NCBI GenBank assembly: GCA_016839945.1
Contig: JAEOTE010000067.1
Coordinates: forward strand, 1-28,775
Length of the DNA: 28,775 nt
DNA from: Candidatus Heimdallarchaeota archaeon
GTDB lineage: Archaea; Asgardarchaeota; Heimdallarchaeia; Heimdallarchaeales; Heimdallarchaeaceae
Direction of reading: 5' to 3'
Below the pieces are notes generated by a model, which saw nothing but the letters and a program-made list of their open reading frames with translations, was not told the origin of the DNA and searched no databases. Shown here in pieces: positions 17,706 through 25,732 of the stretch. Position 1 is the stretch's first letter; every line of letters begins with the position of its first letter. Made by a program: the position numbers and the translations under genes.

Positions 17706-18467
17706 ATGAGCATAATGGAAAAAGAGGAAAAAAACTCCTCCCTTGAATTAAGGCTTTTATTGAATCCTAAGGGAAAGCAAAAAACAATATATGTCCTTCT
17801 ATCATTTACTGCTGTCGTTGTTTTAACTGTTGTACTATATCTAGTGCCAGATTATTATTTCCTTGAAAAACTTACAAATGATGTTGTTTTCGAAGTTTTG
17901 AAAGTATACAAATATGAAGTGGTCCTAGATGGTCTTTATAGTGAAGCAGAAACAGGAACTTCGATAATTATAGTTATTACAAATTTCTTAACTGGACTAG
18001 ATGCACATAATTCATTAACTCCAGTAATAAAATCTACAGCTGCTCAACGTAGATTTGCAGTTGTAAGGGCTTGCACAGGGATGCAAGCTGGTGCTTTACT
18101 AATGGCTCTGATCATTGTTACTCCAGCAGATTTCAAGAAAAAATTAAAAGCTACTATTTACTCACTAATAGCTCTTATAATTGGGAATTTCTTACGTATC
18201 GCTATAGTTATTGGCATGACTATTACACTTGAAATTACTTATGGAACAAGCTCTTCTGCTGCATGGATGTGGGCACATGATGTTTTAGGAAAACCTATAG
18301 GTTTCTTTGGAACAATCTTCTTTGCACTAATAATAGAAAAGCAAGGTGTTCCAATATTAAATACAGTAAGCTTGTGGATTGATTCTCTTCTTGATTTATT
18401 TAATCTAGTCTTGAAAAAAACAGGAATTACAGGAAAGAAGAGTAAAACATCACAGAATAAGAAATAA
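17706..18467 (+). CDS. Archaeosortase/exosortase family membrane protease
   Basis: Multi-TM protein with VVRACTGMQ (Cys), GNFLRI (Arg) and WAHD (His). Confidence 0.85.
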   Translation: MSIMEKEEKNSSLELRLLLNPKGKQKTIYVLLSFTAVVVLTVVLYLVPDYYFLEKLTNDVVFEVLKVYKYEVVLDGLYSEAETGTSIIIVITNFLTGLDAHNSLTPVIKSTAAQRRFAVVRACTGMQAGALLMALIIVTPADFKKKLKATIYSLIALIIGNFLRIAIVIGMTITLEITYGTSSSAAWMWAHDVLGKPIGFFGTIFFALIIEKQGVPILNTVSLWIDSLLDLFNLVLKKTGITGKKSKTSQNKK

Positions 18468-18579
18468 AAAATTAACTTATTTCATAAAATCTCTTTTAAT
18501 CGAACTGGTAGCTTTCGATAAGTTTTATTAAAGGTATTTATATATAGAATCTCGAAATATTGGTGAATGTGAATCAATA

Positions 18580-19461
18580 ATGAGGTATTTAGAAGTTCAA
18601 GAAGATGGATCTTTAATTGAAACCCAAGTATTGGATCTCGGTTCTACGAAGGTTCTAATCGTAGTAGATGAAGATGATAAAAGAATGTGGTTGTGGAAGG
18701 GGTCTGAGTGTCCGATAAGGAAGAAATTCATAGGTAGCAGAGCTTTGTCTGATTTAAGGAAAAAGGAATATGGTTTTGCTTATGTTCCACAAACTTGTGA
18801 TCAGGGTGACGAGACCGCTGAATTTGTAGCAATGCTAAAGAAAATTGATAAAATGGATGCTGTTTCTTCTTCAGTAGTCTCAAGAGCTGAAGAAATTATT
18901 GAAAGACAAAGTAGAATTAATGTTTTTGAAGATGTCCCAAAAGAAGAAGAAATTAAACCTTCAACAGCTGTTTCACAAGAAGATGTATCATTAAAAGATA
19001 GACCTGCTCAAGTTCCAGAATCTCAACTCCCAACACATATGGCTAAAATGGGTGCTCCTGGAAATAGGCCCATGCCAACTATTTTATCCGCTTTAGAATC
19101 AGATTCGATAGAAATAAAGAAACCAGAACCTGCTGTTGAAGTAAAAGCGAATATACTTGAACAATCTATTCATATTCTAAGAGATTTGGGTACTCCCAAA
19201 GGATTCTATCGAGATTTGATAATAATTGGAAACAAAGTTTATACAGAAACTTATACTGGTGAATTTGAAGAATTAGATGAACCTCCTGAAGGAATTTTCT
19301 TCTCCAGTTCTCATGTCCCAAGAATGATATGTTTGAATGGTTTAGTTCGTGCTATTGAATTCTTAAAACCAGAAGAAGGTGCTGAATTAAGCGAAGAAGA
19401 TGAAAAGATTGCACAAGACATTGAAGATCTTCTTGCTATGTTTGAGATTGAAGTAGGATAA
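18580..19461 (+). CDS. Asgard gelsolin-domain protein (single gelsolin domain plus C-terminal domain, 1DGelX-like)
   Basis: LGSTKVLIVVDEDDKRMWLWKGSECPIRKKF...DQGDETAEF matches the gelsolin repeat. Pro/Glu-rich linker, globular C-terminal domain, acidic tail. Confidence 0.8.
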   Translation: MRYLEVQEDGSLIETQVLDLGSTKVLIVVDEDDKRMWLWKGSECPIRKKFIGSRALSDLRKKEYGFAYVPQTCDQGDETAEFVAMLKKIDKMDAVSSSVVSRAEEIIERQSRINVFEDVPKEEEIKPSTAVSQEDVSLKDRPAQVPESQLPTHMAKMGAPGNRPMPTILSALESDSIEIKKPEPAVEVKANILEQSIHILRDLGTPKGFYRDLIIIGNKVYTETYTGEFEELDEPPEGIFFSSSHVPRMICLNGLVRAIEFLKPEEGAELSEEDEKIAQDIEDLLAMFEIEVG

Positions 19462-19501
19462 TCCTTTCCTTCCTTTTTCATTCCTTTTTTAGGTGATTCA
19501 T

Positions 19502-19783
19502 TTGAAACTATATGAAATGATAGTCCATCTTCATTCATCAATTCCTACGAAAATAAGAATATTGAAAAATAAAATTGAAGAAGATTCAACATTACTACAA
19601 GGACTACTTTCAGTCCTTTCTCAAAATAAGGAGGTTTATGAATTGCTAGTGATAGATGAAGATATAAAACCAGGTTTCCTAATTATATCGGATAAAATCG
19701 AGCTAAGGACTACAAAATTATTGAATTCCACAATTACGAAAGACTCAGAACTCACGATAATTCCTATCTCTCATGGAGGTTAA
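19502..19783 (+). CDS. Ubiquitin-like beta-grasp protein (Urm1/SAMP/MoaD family)
   Basis: IKPGFLII and C-terminal LTIIPISHGG di-glycine. TTG 19502 chosen because the GTG at 19493 is part of a GGTGA SD. Confidence 0.85.
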   Translation: MKLYEMIVHLHSSIPTKIRILKNKIEEDSTLLQGLLSVLSQNKEVYELLVIDEDIKPGFLIISDKIELRTTKLLNSTITKDSELTIIPISHGG

Positions 19784-19863
19784 TCTTTCTAGACTTCTCA
19801 ATTAAAAACTTCTTTAGATATATTTTTAATTAAAATGGTAACTAAACAATTTGTTTGTTAGTA

Positions 19864-19949
19864 GCCAGGATAGCCAAGCGGACAACGGCGCTGGTCTTGA
19901 AAATCAGTTCCTTATAGGATCCGGGGTTCAAATCCCCGTCCTGGCTCCA
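19864..19949 (+). tRNA. tRNA-Ser(UGA), CCA encoded
   Basis: Acceptor GCCAGGA/TCCTGGC, anticodon arm CTGGT-CTTGAAA-ATCAG, variable stem TCCT/AGGA, T arm CGGGG-TTCAAAT-CCCCG. Confidence 0.95.
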
Positions 19950-20002
19950 AAATATCCGTTTCTTTCATTTAAAAAAGAAACAAGCAAAAAGGTGTTAATT
20001 AA

Positions 20003-22102
20003 TTGTCTTCCATAGCAGGACCCTTCATTCTTGGTATTTCAGAAAAACCACAAGCTGCAAGCAGAATAGCTATGGCTTTGGATGAGAAAAATAAACCAAC
20101 CATGAAGAAGGTTGAGAACATATCTGTTTTCGTATGCAATAGAGATGGAAAAAAGATTGTTGTAGCACCTGCATTGGGGCATTTATTCTCTCTCTCTTCA
20201 ATAAGCAAAACTTGGAATTATCCTGTTTTAGATTATGAATGGGTACCAAGTTATATCGAAAATAAGAATTTGAAAACAAAAAATTTTATCGCTGCTTTTA
20301 AGACTTTGGCTAAAAATGCAGAGGGAGTCATATTAATGACTGATTTTGATAGAGAGGGAGAAGTAATAGGCTATCTTATACTCAAATATGCTATTGGAAG
20401 AACACAAGCAGAAAGAATGAAATTTTCTACTCTCACAAGAACTGATATCTTAACAGCATATAACAATAGGGAAAAAACCTTAGATTTGGGTTTTTTGAAT
20501 TCAGGATTACTTCGTCACTATGTAGATTGGTTGTATGGTATAAATTATTCAAGAGCTTTAAGTTCTGCATTAAAGAGAGTTTCTGGAAGGTTTAGAACAA
20601 TATCAATTGGTAGAGTACAGGGACCTACATTAGGTGCTGTGGTTGCATTAGAAAATGATTTGGAGTTATTTGTTCCTATACCTTATTGGACAATTGAAAG
20701 TAAGGTTCATATAGGGAATAAATTGTTCCCAGCATTTTATGAAAAATCGAAAATCGCTACTCATCATGAAGCATTACAAATAACTAGAGATTGTAATAGT
20801 TTAGTGGGTAAAGTTTACGATATAACAAAGGAACAAGCTCCAATTTATCCTTTTCCACCTTTCAACTTAGGAGATCTTCAAAGAGAAAGCTATAAACATT
20901 TTAAATTTTCACCAAGTAAGACACTTGCAATAGCTGAAAAATTATATCTGAATGCATTAATATCATATCCGAGAACTGATAGTCAAAAGTTACCTATGAC
21001 CTTGGGGCATAAAACTACATTACAAAAACTTTCAAACCAATCAAAGTATGCAATCTTTGCAAAAGAAATACTAGATAATAAGAAGTTTAAACCTAGGGAA
21101 GGCAAAAAAACAGATGCAGCACATCCTGCAATTCATCCTACTGGTAACAAACCAGAAACAAATCTTCAAGCTAATGAACAAAAATTATATGATTTAATCG
21201 TGAAACGATACCTCTCTGTTTTTGGTAGAAATGCTTCAATTGAAAGAAGTAAAATAAAGATAGATGTCAATAATCACAAATTTGAGGTTAGAGGAAGTCA
21301 AATTCTAGATGAAGGTTGGATTAGATATTATAAACCGTATTATTCACTTAAAGAACAACTATTACCAGAAATCAAAATAGATAGTGAGATAAAATTCAAA
21401 TTTATTGATGCAAAAGAACGTTATTCGTCTCCACCATATCGTTATAATGAATCAACGCTTCTTAAAAAGATGGAAGACGAAAAAATCGGAACTAAAGCTA
21501 CAAGAGCAGGAATAATCCAAACCTTGTTTGATAGAGGTTATATTGAGGGGAAAGTAATAGCATCTACACCTTTGGGAAATGCAGTAGTTAGAGTTTTGAA
21601 AGATGAGTATCCAATATTAGTAAAATCTGAGATGACACGAAATTTAGAAAATATGATGGAGAAAGTCCAAGAGGAAAAAAGTGAGGTAGAGAATATTGTC
21701 CTAGAAATAAAAAAAGAATTGAAGGAAATGCTAGTTTTATTTCACAAAAAAGAAGCTGAAATTGGTCTCTCACTTTATGAGGATCTTCAAAGAACAGAAA
21801 AATCAGATTTACTAATTATTGGTAAATGTTTAGAATGTAAAAAAGGAGAACTAAGAGTTATCAAATCAAGAAAAACAGGAAAGAGATTTATTGCTTGTTC
21901 TTCATATTTTGATAAATCAATAAATTGTACCGCTACATATCCTTTGCCCGGTACAGGTATAATCAAACAAACCTCAAAGACATGTCCTCACGATGGTTTA
22001 CCTCTAATTGAGTGGAGGAAAGGAAAGCTTAGAAAGATAATATGTATATCTCCAGAATGCCCGTCTAAAAAGGAAGAAGCGAAAAATGAAATCAAGAAAT
22101 AA
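20003..22102 (+). CDS. topA: Type IA DNA topoisomerase
   Basis: TOPRIM SEKP and DFDREGE, SIGRVQGPTL, catalytic ISYPRTDS, AHPAIHPT, GTKATR, C-terminal Zn ribbons. Confidence 0.96.
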   Translation: MSSIAGPFILGISEKPQAASRIAMALDEKNKPTMKKVENISVFVCNRDGKKIVVAPALGHLFSLSSISKTWNYPVLDYEWVPSYIENKNLKTKNFIAAFKTLAKNAEGVILMTDFDREGEVIGYLILKYAIGRTQAERMKFSTLTRTDILTAYNNREKTLDLGFLNSGLLRHYVDWLYGINYSRALSSALKRVSGRFRTISIGRVQGPTLGAVVALENDLELFVPIPYWTIESKVHIGNKLFPAFYEKSKIATHHEALQITRDCNSLVGKVYDITKEQAPIYPFPPFNLGDLQRESYKHFKFSPSKTLAIAEKLYLNALISYPRTDSQKLPMTLGHKTTLQKLSNQSKYAIFAKEILDNKKFKPREGKKTDAAHPAIHPTGNKPETNLQANEQKLYDLIVKRYLSVFGRNASIERSKIKIDVNNHKFEVRGSQILDEGWIRYYKPYYSLKEQLLPEIKIDSEIKFKFIDAKERYSSPPYRYNESTLLKKMEDEKIGTKATRAGIIQTLFDRGYIEGKVIASTPLGNAVVRVLKDEYPILVKSEMTRNLENMMEKVQEEKSEVENIVLEIKKELKEMLVLFHKKEAEIGLSLYEDLQRTEKSDLLIIGKCLECKKGELRVIKSRKTGKRFIACSSYFDKSINCTATYPLPGTGIIKQTSKTCPHDGLPLIEWRKGKLRKIICISPECPSKKEEAKNEIKK

Positions 22103-22334
22103 CCATCTTAAATGTCCTATTTGCAAGAGAGATAAAGAACTCGCTCAAATGAAATATTGTGCAACCCATAATGAAGCAAAAGAAAAACTACAAAAAGGTT
22201 ATGAGTCGTGGTTAAAAGCGTATAATATCCTCTCATGGGATGATTATCTTCAGCAATTATTATCTCTCGAAGGAGAAGTGGGGAATCTTATTAGAGATGT
22301 AGCTGAATATGAACTTTATTTTAAACAAGATTAA
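22086..22334 (+). CDS. Small putative Zn-binding protein (CxxC...CxxH)
   Basis: CPIC...YCATH followed by a helical domain. Overlaps the end of topA by 17 nt. Confidence 0.7.
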   Translation: MKSRNNHLKCPICKRDKELAQMKYCATHNEAKEKLQKGYESWLKAYNILSWDDYLQQLLSLEGEVGNLIRDVAEYELYFKQD

Positions 22335-22381
22335 TAGAATATTGGAACAAAAATTCAGTTTTTTATAGAAATTCTAACTAA

Positions 22382-22621
22382 TTAGGAAAACAAAGCTGTG
22401 TGAATTTGTTCTCTTTCAGGCAATCCTTCGATTTTTATTTTACCTACCAAAATTGTTGGAATAGAAGATATATTTGACTGTTCTTTGAATTTTATATTCA
22501 CACTTTTATACTGAAAAAGACCATCATATTCATCCAGAACTGTCTTAAGTATATTCTCAGCTACGTTACAATATGGACAGTCTTCTGCAGTATACAATAC
22601 AATTTCTTTCATTCTATACAT
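22382..22621 (-). CDS. Glutaredoxin/thioredoxin-like protein
   Basis: LYTAEDCPYC active site and cis-Pro motif SIPTILV. Confidence 0.88.
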   Translation of the reverse strand: MYRMKEIVLYTAEDCPYCNVAENILKTVLDEYDGLFQYKSVNIKFKEQSNISSIPTILVGKIKIEGLPEREQIHTALFS

Positions 22622-22720
22622 GTTCTTAATTTTAATATTAAAAAATCAACAAAAATTTTGGGACTAGCGTGGATGACATGCGAATATTACACTTATCATT
22701 TTAACTAGTTTGACTATAAA

Positions 22721-23020
22721 CTAGATTGAATCACAAGAACAAGGATTACTACTGCACCTTGGACAAATCTCATCATATTTCTCTTTAAAAGCTGAAGAAA
22801 CATCTATTTTCAAGATATTTGCAATGCTTAAGGTCCATGCAATTATGTCAACAATCTCTTCTTTTATTTTTTCTTCATCCTCTAGAAGAACTGACTCAGC
22901 TAATTCTCCCATCTCTTCCATTAATTTAAGTACTGTTTTTTCAGTACCTCTTTTACTATCTTTTTCCAAATATAAATTCTTCATTAATTCCTGAGATTCC
23001 TTAATAATTCTCACCCTCAT
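22721..23020 (-). CDS. MazG-like NTP pyrophosphohydrolase
   Basis: KLMEEMGELAE...EEIVDIIAW motif and C-terminal CPRCSSNPCSC cluster. Confidence 0.9.
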   Translation of the reverse strand: MRVRIIKESQELMKNLYLEKDSKRGTEKTVLKLMEEMGELAESVLLEDEEKIKEEIVDIIAWTLSIANILKIDVSSAFKEKYDEICPRCSSNPCSCDSI

Positions 23021-23035
23021 AAATCGATAAGATTC

Positions 23036-23227
23036 TCATGGTGCAGGAGCTGTGTAGAAAATATTCCCTACAATAACTGCTATAATCAAGACAACACTAA
23101 AAATTACAACGTACCAAGGGCCAATTTTAACGCCAGGTAGATCTTCATCATAGTATCTCATCAATCCTGCTCCTGTTGCAGGCATTGGACTGGTGTCTCT
23201 TTTTTTCTTTTTCTGAGAACTACTCAT
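23036..23227 (-). CDS. Protein translocase subunit Sec61beta
   Basis: AGLMRYYDEDLPGVKIGP followed by a single TM helix. ATG 23227, or TTG 23236. Confidence 0.92.
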   Translation of the reverse strand: MSSSQKKKKRDTSPMPATGAGLMRYYDEDLPGVKIGPWYVVIFSVVLIIAVIVGNIFYTAPAP

Positions 23228-23320
23228 TATTATCAAAAATCCCTAATAACTAAACTATATATTATTTTTCATCAATCACTTTTATTATATATAAAGAAAT
23301 TAAGAGATTAATGATGGAGA

Positions 23321-23417
23321 TGGCGACCCCGACGCGATTCGAACGCGCGACCACCAACTTTCTTCAAGAAGCTTGAATTTAGAAGGCTGGTGCTCTATCC
23401 AGCTGAGCTACGGGGTC
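23321..23417 (-). tRNA. tRNA-Arg(UCU) with 20-nt intron at position 37/38, CCA encoded
   Basis: Acceptor GACCCCG/CGGGGTC, D stem GCTC/GAGC, CCAGC-CTTCTA[intron 23379-23360]A-GTTGG, T loop TTCGAAT. CTTC/GAAG forms the central helix of a BHB-like motif. Confidence 0.95.
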
Positions 23418-23525
23418 ATTACAAGGTTTATCTTCCTTCATGATATTTAAATCTTAAACTTTTTGATGTAAGGATTCTTTTTATTCTGTATTCGAAAATT
23501 ATATATTTGTTTACCAAATCAAAAA

Positions 23526-25112
23526 ATGCTTATGGATTCTTCAAAGCAACTTAGTAAGCTTATATTGGCAGGATATCAATTAACTCCAGAAGCTTATAAT
23601 TATATGGTTTCTGTAGATAATATAGAGGAGATAATTGAAGAAATATTATCCTCTAAAATTCAAACAGTTATCTTGTCCTTACAAGATATTAAAAGCATTT
23701 TAAATAAGCTAGAGCCAAAGAAAAAGGAAAAAGTTGTTGATGCTGAAGAACCTAAAGTGAAAAAAGAAATTGTAGAAGAAAAAATATCAGAAATTAAAAA
23801 ATTAGAAGAAGAAGAGAAAAAAACGCTAAAAACTAGACCTAGAAAGGAGAAATATGTCACAGATTTGGAAATAATAAATTCTCCAAAAATTGCAAAATCT
23901 CCGGGAAAAATAGAAAATTTTCATCAATATTTAGAAAGTAGATTTCTAAGCATAAATAAGATGTTTTTAAATAGACAAGATATAGAAAATAGAGTTAGTA
24001 TATCTTCTCTTCTTCCAAACAAAAGTAAAGATGAAGTGTCACTTGTTGCAATGGTATTTTCAAAAAGGAAAACATCACGTGGAAATTATATTTTAGAATT
24101 AGATGATCAGACTGGTAAAATAACAGCTATTATAAGTCCTAGCAGCAAAAATATTGAGTTAGCAAAAAAAGCTAAAAATATTCTAGAAGACACAGTTTTA
24201 TGTTTTTCTGGAAATTGGAAAGGTTTTGGGGATAAAAGTAAACTAGAAGTCAAAGATGTTATTTGGCCTGATATCCCATATGATCGTAAAGCAAACAAAT
24301 CCTATGAAGATCCATTTGCACTTTTTATTTCAGACATTCATGTAGGGTCAAAAAATTTTGCAGAAAATCTTTTCTCAAGACTAATAAAATTCTTGAATGG
24401 TAAACTTGAATCAAAGAAATGGAATGATGCAGGTGAGCGAGTCAAGTATTTATTTGTAGCTGGTGATTTAGTTGATGGAGTAGGTATCTATCCAGGACAA
24501 GAAGCAGACCTCATTCAAGAAAACATTCATCTTCAATATCTTCTTTCTACTGCTTATTTTGAAAAAATACGCAGTGATGTTGAAATTATTATAATTCCTG
24601 GAAATCATGATGCTGCGAGAGCTGCTGAACCACAAACACCTATACAAGAAGAATTTGCACCTGAATTATACGCATTAGATAATGTTCATCTCTTAGGTAG
24701 TCCTGCATATGTAAAAACACATAATGTGGAAGTTTTAATGTCTCATGGAAATTCAATTTTAGACATAAATTCAGCAATAGTTGATATATCTCATGAAACA
24801 TCTATACCTGCAATGATTGAAATGCTTAGAAATCGTCATTTAGTTCCCATTTATGGCAGAAGAACTTCTATTGCTCCAGAGTCTTTTGATCAATTAGTAA
24901 TATCAAAAATCCCTGATATTTTTCATACTGGTCATACACACATTTCTGGAGATGAAAATTATCGGGGTGTAACTCTTATTAATTCAGGAACATTTCAATT
25001 TCAAACAGATTACCAGAAAAGTATGAATATAAATCCCACAACTGGTAAAACTTGCATTGTGAATCTTAAAACCTTAGACAGAACAAGAATAGATTTTAAC
25101 ATTATAACATGA
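23526..25112 (+). CDS. polB: DNA polymerase D small (proofreading) subunit DP1
   Basis: OB fold (ELDDQTG) and calcineurin-like phosphoesterase motifs SDIHVGS, AGDLVDG, PGNHD, SHG, HTGHTH. Confidence 0.96.
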   Translation: MLMDSSKQLSKLILAGYQLTPEAYNYMVSVDNIEEIIEEILSSKIQTVILSLQDIKSILNKLEPKKKEKVVDAEEPKVKKEIVEEKISEIKKLEEEEKKTLKTRPRKEKYVTDLEIINSPKIAKSPGKIENFHQYLESRFLSINKMFLNRQDIENRVSISSLLPNKSKDEVSLVAMVFSKRKTSRGNYILELDDQTGKITAIISPSSKNIELAKKAKNILEDTVLCFSGNWKGFGDKSKLEVKDVIWPDIPYDRKANKSYEDPFALFISDIHVGSKNFAENLFSRLIKFLNGKLESKKWNDAGERVKYLFVAGDLVDGVGIYPGQEADLIQENIHLQYLLSTAYFEKIRSDVEIIIIPGNHDAARAAEPQTPIQEEFAPELYALDNVHLLGSPAYVKTHNVEVLMSHGNSILDINSAIVDISHETSIPAMIEMLRNRHLVPIYGRRTSIAPESFDQLVISKIPDIFHTGHTHISGDENYRGVTLINSGTFQFQTDYQKSMNINPTTGKTCIVNLKTLDRTRIDFNIIT

Positions 25113-25141
25113 AGCAATGGAAAAATGTTATAGATGAGATA

Positions 25142-25555
25142 CTATTCCATCGGCATCTCATCTTCTTCAATTTGTACGTATGATAAGATGTCTGCTATTT
25201 GTGGTGCATGATTTGAAAGAACAGCAATTGCGTTTTTGAATTCCTCTATATCACTAGTTCCTCCAACCAAATGAAAATCACCTATAGATTTCAAGATTAA
25301 AAAACCATTTTTTCCTCGTACCATTACATCATTTATTGGGGCGAAATTCAGCCTCTCTAGCGCTAATCTTGCAGCTGCAACAAGGGCTGCTCCTATTGCA
25401 GATAATTCAGTTGAATTTGCTCTTTTATCACCAGCATAAAAAGCAATTCTATCTCCTGTAGCTGTTAAAACAGCCAAAGCTTCCAATTTTGCTTCTTGAG
25501 TTATGTCTTTCAATTCTTTAGCTAAAGCATAAGCAATCTTTCTCTCAAGTCTCAT
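25142..25555 (-). CDS. Roadblock/LC7 domain protein
   Basis: ALAVLTATGDRIA...ELSAIGAALVAAARLALERL...VMVRGKNGFLILKSIG is a roadblock pattern. Confidence 0.85.
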   Translation of the reverse strand: MRLERKIAYALAKELKDITQEAKLEALAVLTATGDRIAFYAGDKRANSTELSAIGAALVAAARLALERLNFAPINDVMVRGKNGFLILKSIGDFHLVGGTSDIEEFKNAIAVLSNHAPQIADILSYVQIEEDEMPME

Positions 25556-25732
25556 TTGTATCTAATCAATTTAGTCTGAAATATGTTAATTAACTTTACT
25601 ATAATTTTCGTAAAAATAATATATTGTACGTAAAAAGCTATATTCATAAGTAATATTTTTAAACGCATTTCTTTATCTCACTTCAAATAAAGCATTAGCT
25701 AGTTTCGTAGATTGATAATATAGGTGAATTGA

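Noticed and set aside
19864-19949. tRNA as selenocysteine or opal-suppressor tRNA because of TGA
   Set aside because: TGA is the anticodon itself and reads UCA (Ser). Arm lengths are canonical, not tRNA-Sec-like.
22655-22700. Slightly GC-richer intergenic patch, possible ncRNA or the 11-codon ORF MISVIFACHPR
   Set aside because: No box motifs, stable stem or SD; too short to support.
19784-23525. Integrated element at either tRNA
   Set aside because: No integrase, no duplicated tRNA 3' end, and the flanking genes are housekeeping.
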